DNA of 63,065 bases, counting the filler, from Platydemus manokwari (lineage: Eukaryota): assembly GCA_037951405.1 (NCBI GenBank). It is 6 parts of 6 records of this genome, joined end to end, with 100 filler letters (N's around TTAATTAATTAA, not from the genome) between each part and the next. Parts side by side here need not be neighbours in the genome. Positions count along the whole stretch, not along the records: positions 53,102 to 63,065 come from JBBMOY011184433.1; 5 more parts are not named here. One strand, given 5' to 3'. Below the pieces are notes generated by a model. It did not search any database. It was not told the origin of the DNA and saw only the letters and a list, made by a program, of their open reading frames with translations. Positions 56,201 to 63,065 of the stretch are shown in pieces. How positions within the stretch are numbered: position 1 is the stretch's first letter; each line of letters starts with the position of its first letter. The translations under genes were made by a program, and so were the position numbers.

Positions 56201-58400
56201 ATCATATCCTTGATATTTACTTCTCAATTAACTGTATATCTCAAGAGAAATAAATTGACAAAATTAATCTTCAAAACCGAACCCTTTGATTTTCATTTAA
56301 TTCGGAACACACAAAACTTCTATCATAATATAATTTATAAATTGAAGAGAAGAAAACTACGTCATAGCAAAGGCTGTTCAAATCCAGGAAACAAGGAATG
56401 ATATTTATATATGTTAAAAATCTTTAAAAGAATTCTAAAATCTCTTTAATTTATTTCTGTGCTAAATAATATAAATAATAAGCAGACTTCTTAGCAATGT
56501 TTACGCTTGATTTCCATAGCTAATATCGAAGACCAGTTGGTAAAAGTGTAATAATAGGTCAGTCTTCTAGACAGAGAATATATTAATATTAAAATGCAAG
56601 GTAAATATTCCTTGAGGTCATTATGCAATCTCAGATTACCTGAAAGCCAATAACGAAAAAAAATTAATTAATTTTTTTTATTTTAATGCTAGTTTATTTT
56701 CTATTCTTTTTTAAATATTTTCCCATCATCAAGACCACATTTTCTCAATCTTTTTTTTGAAAATAATTAAGATATTATCAAAATGAAGAATCGAAATGAA
56801 TTATCTAATGCCTCGTTTTTTGCACAGATATCATAAATATGTAAGCAAAATAAATTTCAAATGGATTATTCTTATTCATTTAAACAAAATTTAACCTATA
56901 AAGAATATAAATTATTTATATTATATTATATTATTTTTATTTTATATTATTTTGATAATAATATATTATAATATTTTTCATATGCGCTTGGAATATAAAA
57001 TAAGTTTAAAAATATTATTTTATATATTTACCATATCATTTTAATAATGATTGATTTTTAAAGACAAATTTAATGACATAATATGTATACATATTGTGAA
57101 AAGATGAAACCAAAACACCAGATAAAGCATAATAATCGATATATTCTCATAGAAATGGATTGTTTTGAAATAAAATTTTGAATTATTGGAAAGTATTGAT
57201 TGAGAAACTCATTCTAAATCACAAACGATAATCATCAATGGCATATAATTGATATTACACTTTGTAGCTTCAAACAACGAAATAGTATTGTTTTCCAACG
57301 ATCATTTAAAATCAAACACAATTTATGATCTAATTATTCATGTTATTAGCATATTAAACCCCTCAAAAATTCATTATCTTCCCAATATGAGCTTTCACTT
57401 CAAAAAAAGCTAATCAGAAATTTCAGAGCTGATATCCATTTTTGGTTATCTAAATGTTACCAATTCCTCCAGAATTCATTGGTTTTCAGATGGCATATTC
57501 GCTGATGTTACAGTATCAATAAGCAATATTTGAAGAATTGTGTAAAAAACATTCTCCAAAAATCATGAAATGATATCATTTTATGTTTATTATAAAATGG
57601 AGATGCATTTAATTTAATAGAAAATTAGATCTGTGTTCAACGTTCTCAAAGTATGTTTAAACAGGAAGAGATATCTTTTGATTAAGCTAAACAAACTATG
57701 TTTCAAAATTATTTCAAAAAAGCAGATTGTGAAATGAATTTTTTTGCAGTTTAATTTTATTATTTTATGCGAATGATTAATATTTATGAAATAATTATTG
57801 TGTTTATTATTATATTCGATAATTATAATAACCTGATATATGTATATTGTGTTAAAGGCAATTTTAAAATGTATACATAATCACTAATAGATTCGCAAAA
57901 TGGAAACAGTGGAAAGAAATAAAAATAATTGCAAACCCTTAAAAATACGATAATTAATAAAATAATAATTTTAACCAAGATGAAATTATTAATTTTGCAT
58001 AATAATTAAAATGCGAAAAATAAATTTAAAAAAATAAATTATTAAATTTCTATAATAATAAGAAGATTTTGAAAACCGAAACAGAATTAAGGATGTATTT
58101 TAGGCCCTACATTCACTCAACTCATTTTGAATTAATTCAAGATTCAATATATAATTTTGCTTACAATGCTATGAGATTTAATTTTTTATTCTAAAACATC
58201 AGATTTATCAACGAAATTTTATCAGGTAATGCTTTTATCGATTAGATTTTTTTTCATACCGACATACCCAGTATCATCTTTCTGCATGATTTTTGTTGTT
58301 TTACCTTCTATAATGTATAATCGGTAAATTTATGTATCGATAAAAGTATGTCGTTTAATTTATTTGATGGTTTTTGTTTTCATTTTTCCAAATTATAAAC

Positions 58401-58504
58401 TGTGGGTCACAGAAATTTGCTTGACCATAGTTTTTGTACTTTAAAATTAAAAATCAAGTTATAATTAAATTGTTGTTAAGAACTGAAAAATTTCGTGACC
58501 CTTC
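58401..58504. mobile_element. Small MITE-like inverted-repeat element
   Basis: Left TGTGGGTCACAGAAATTT; right AAATTTCGTGACCCTTCA, reverse complement TGAAGGGTCACGAAATTT. Confidence 0.5.
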
Positions 58505-59842
58505 AATGGAATTGTTTAACTTTAATAACATAAATGTACTATCAATTAATAATTTCAATTATCATTGTGAATATTAAAATTCATAATCGTAAAGCTAAAA
58601 TTAAAATTAAAACTCTAACGATCAACTTTAGTTCATTGATGATAAAAAATAAAATATTTTAATTTATAAGTCAACTGCCTCTCATTCAGTTTCCATCTTC
58701 ATTATTTAAATCCATTATTAAATCCATTAATTCGCTTTCTTTTGATAGTTTTTTATTACAACAATGAATACTCTGATATTCTTCATTGGAAAATTACCTT
58801 TCCCATTTGAATTTTTCTCATAATTCCCCAGAAATTTCAACGAATATCAACAAATGGAAATTTATTTTAAAAACATTTTTCGACAATAAGCACTAAAACG
58901 TAGATAGTATTTTTTTGTTTTCAATATCGATTATTAGAAAATCTCATCAAAGTTTTATTAAAATTAAATTATCAGACAGTTTATGATGAGCATCGTATGA
59001 GCGTACAATAAAAAAATTGTCATGTGTTTCTTTCCATTGGTAAGAATGATAAAAAAAATAATGATGACGATGATAATGATGCTGATTTTATAAGATTTAA
59101 GCAGCCTTTCAAGAATCAAGCTCACAATCTATCATCAAAACTCTCAGCAATCTCCCGGACATGAACTTTCTTATGAAATTGAAATTTTATACTCAGGTGA
59201 TATGTTTTGTGTGAGGGGGGGGGGGTTGATGAGAATATGTTCAAGTTAAAAGATACCCAATCAAATAAGGTAGTGAATTATAATCCATGTTGAATACGTT
59301 TCTAATAATGTTTACATGTGTATTATATATTCATAGAGAATATATTTCAGTTCGATTCCGTCTCGAAGATGGAATATTTTATACGGTTCTTCAATTCAGA
59401 CTTAGGCAACAAGTACATTTACAAGCAGTCACAGCTTCTTACAATTTTAAATGGTTGATTGCAATGAATTATTGTATGATTGCGAGGTGTGTCGTAGTGA
59501 GCTGTAGTAATTTTGTCTTATTCCACTGGTTGCTGCAAAAGCAGAGGGAAAAAAGCTGCATTTACTCTAACGGAAGGGGGATGATGATATTATAATAATG
59601 AAAATAGAGATAAAGTCATTATCCATTCATCTGTTTCAACCAGTCAGGGAAATGATATACATGAACAAACGTTTTCTTATTTATAACAGATGCCTCATTC
59701 AATTACATTACTCTTCTTTTTGCTAGAAAACAGGTACATTTGGTTTTTTAATTTTTTTAATAATTCTAATATGAATTTATTTTAACTTTGTATTCATTGA
59801 TTTTGCATGTATATGTTTATTTAATAATTATTTACGGTGTAC

Positions 59843-59884
<42 letters not shown>

Positions 59885-59888
59885 TATT
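59843..59888. repeat. (ATT)n microsatellite
   Basis: Directly visible. Confidence 0.95.
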
Positions 59889-61514
59889 AATATTATTAAT
59901 ATTGATTTTCAATTTTTTATAATTAATTAAAAATTAGAATGGGAGAATCTTATAAAATTTTTAATTTAAATTAAATTTAAAATTATCATAACATGAATTA
60001 AGTCACTCAAAAACGGGCGTGGAGAATAAAATATCTTTCACCGAAAAGAATTCCTAATTAAAGTTGATAAAGAAAAAAATGTTAAGAAAAAAGAAATAAT
60101 TGAATGGAGACGTGTTGAAATATGTCAGCCAGCGGCCGTATTGGGCAAACCGAAAGAAAAGTAAAAAAAAAGAAAGAAAAATTTATAAAATTTCTTTTAT
60201 GTTTATTTTATGGATTGCTGTTGATGTTTGTTGATATTTTATTCATATTTCATTATCAACAGGAAAATATAATCATTGTCTGATCGATTGTGAATATAAA
60301 ACATAAATATTTTTCTCACTCATTTCCGATTCATAATTAGATTGCCATTGAAGAATTATCTCTTTCAACAACAGGAAATACGTAGAGTGATGAGGGGCCA
60401 ATGACTCTCTTTATAAAGTGTTTAACAACCGTCTTGATACAGTGACCAAAAAATATTGATTGATTTCGAAAATGAAATGAAAATAATAAATTTATTTCAT
60501 CAAATCTATTTACAATATCGATTATATTAATCCACTTGAAAGGTCCAACATAATCAATGAAAAGATATTTATGAAAAACAAATGATAAAACATTTTTATT
60601 ATTCATCTATAATGACGAAATGGAAAAAATCAAATCATAATACGATTATCATTCAATAATTACCAAATTCGAAGAAATCTGCCTACGACTTTAATCTTTT
60701 CTAAGCTCTCTCAATTGATTTATAATAAAATCTTTGTACGGATGTCAGATTTGTAGAGGGGAAAAAATATAACGAAATTGCAAAAAAGAAATTATGTTGC
60801 AATATAGATGATCAAAATAATAACAATCTACTAAGTAACATTTTATAATTTTCCACTCTACACCTAATGGGAAATTATTCAACAATGAGTATTGGAGAGA
60901 ATGTGTCCCATTATTATAGCGGTTAATAAAAATTGAGTAAAATTAATTTACAAAAATAATTGCATTGAAATAATTATTCAATCCGAAAAAATTAATCAAT
61001 TTGTATTTATTAAATAAATATTAAATATTTGTCATCAATTAAAATATTGTTAAAAATATTCATTCAAACAATAAAATAATAATCCAATGAGGAATCCATT
61101 GCATATTAGCAACCGGTTTATTAATTAAAAAAAGAACAAAATTCTAAAATCAATTTTCACAATTTAAAACAGAAATTTCCCATGAAAATTCTATCATTCA
61201 AATCTTTCGATTAAAAAAACAATTCGATAATATTTGATTGTTTTGCAACGCTCTGCCACAGATCTATATCACAGTAAAACTATAAATCGAATCTTGGAAG
61301 ACTAGAAATATTGTTGTACGATTTTACAAATTCCAGCCAACAATATCTCAGTTTTCCAAGACAATTATAGTCGATCTACCCAAACCATCATCACATATCA
61401 CAACAAATCATTTTTCCAACAAAAAATTTCTTTACAAACAAAAAAAAGGCCAAAAAATAACAATCAATTTTAATCACGGGTTTCCTTTATTCATAAAATA
61501 CTGATTGCAACTAT

Positions 61515-63065
61515 CTAGCGTTCCATCAATTTGATAGAATGATCTCTTTCGATTTCTTTAATCAATGACTCCTTGTAAGTATAAATATCTCCTGGCCATT
61601 TCGTGACAGTACCATGGTTACACACCCAGATTTCTTCAGCTACTCGACCAATCAATCTGAAATCGTGACTCACAAGTAACAAACCCCCTTCAAATTCATT
61701 CAATGCATCAGCAAGAGAATCAATTGTTTCCAAATCCAAATGATTTGTGGGTTCATCAAGTAACAACATGTGTGGACATTGTTCGGCTAACCATGCAAAT
61801 ATAATTCGACATCTCTGACCATCAGAAAGTGATTTAATTGGACAGACTTGTTGCGATCCGGTCAATCCATATCTTCCCAGTCGTTTTCGCATTTCATCTT
61901 TTTCTTTGATGTCTGGAAATTTCTTCATCATCCATTCCAAAGCAGAGGTATTCAAATCGAGTATTTCATGAAGATGTTGATGATATCGACCGATTCTGCA
62001 ATGTGAATTTCTTCGAATAAGTCCGTCTGTTGGTTCCAGTTCAGATGCAATCAATTTTAATAAAGTTGATTTTCCAGCACCATTCGGTCCAACAAGAGCT
62101 ACTCTTGTATCGAGATCAACACCAAAATCGATGTTATTGTAAATTAATGGCTGAAATATTTATTTCAATAAATGTTTATTGTTGGTGTTAATGGATAATC
62201 AGATATTATTATCAACATCGATTTATTTTGCCATTTTATATTATCAGCTTTAACATAATAAGTTCATTTAATGCTATTTCTTGTTATAATATTGTTTATT
62301 GACTTTGTGGTTACCATGGCAATTAGTATAAACAAATTTATCAACCATCATCACATCATTTAAAAATACATCATTAAAATTGTACAAGCCGTGTTAAATA
62401 ACAGATTTAATTCAACAAAATTAGCCTTTAATTTTTTAAATAGTATTTCTGCTTTAATTATCATTAATTATAAAAGAAAAATTATTTAAAATCCCACGAT
62501 ATTATAAACACATTTCGCTATTATTAAAACAAAGCCATTATAATTATTTTTATGGAGAATAATGTGATGAATTTTTATATAAAATATTATTCTAATTTGA
62601 CAAATTAATAAAAAGAATTACCTTATTTTCTGCATATCTAAAACTGACATTCTGAATCTGAATAACTGGTGGAGGGATTTCTCCGCAGCTGGGAAAATAG
62701 AAAGTCAAATTTTTATCAACTGTCACCTTCTTTGTTAGACCACCATCTACCATTTTCTTCAATGTTTTCTCTTTACTTTGAGCTTGTCTTGCTAGCTTTT
62801 TACTACCATGACCGAATCTAGCTATGTAATCCTTCATGTGTGAGATCTGATCTTGTTCCCATTTATATTTCTTCATTTGATTTTCCTCCAATTCCATCTT
62901 CGTCGTGATATATTGATCATAATTACCAGTATAATAGTTTAATTTCTTGTCTTGCATATGAATGATATTTGTACAAACACCATTGAGGAAATCTTCTGAA
63001 TGAGAAATAATAACAAGAATTCTGTTATATTTGCTCAATTCCTTTTCCAACCATACACAAGCATT
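61515..63065 (-). CDS. ABCF2: ATP-binding cassette subfamily F member 2, 3' part
   Basis: Exons >63065-62622 and 62150-61515, separated by a 471-nt phase-0 intron. They encode [47 protein letters not shown]|[55 protein letters not shown] and VSHDFRLI, characteristic of ABCF2. Confidence 0.96.

Noticed and set aside
60337-60830. 89-aa minus-strand ORF with apparent splice sites as a small gene downstream of ABCF2
   Set aside because: No recognisable domain, and the candidate upstream exon gives stops in the frames tested.

Overview
Very AT-rich (roughly three-quarters A+T by eye) intron-rich animal DNA with many 42-57 nt introns. A flatworm/planarian-like origin is inferred from composition and transposon types, not established. 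The window is six contigs of about 9-12 kb joined by artificial 100-nt spacers (44 N + TTAATTAATTAA + 44 N), so linkage across spacers is unsupported. Genes I spliced by hand: the 3' part of a receptor protein tyrosine phosphatase with a degenerate active site (HCCAGVGNTG), a LITAF-domain gene, an internal part of a MYCBP2/Highwire/RPM-1 orthologue, and the 3' part of ABCF2. Contig 2 (11030-21856) holds three paralogues of an unrecognised family that the ORF track largely misses. They are built from symmetric phase-1 micro-exons (51/42/72 nt, possibly one of 6 nt) encoding acidic 'DEINLDECF' modules. The one complete member adds an N/Q/Y/H-rich low-complexity region and a C-terminal NLS-like motif. 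Most other sequence is decayed transposon DNA: Ty3/gypsy pol and gag remnants, 3' ends of RLE-type non-LTR elements, solo-LTR-like repeats and MITEs. Most short ORFs in the track are spurious.
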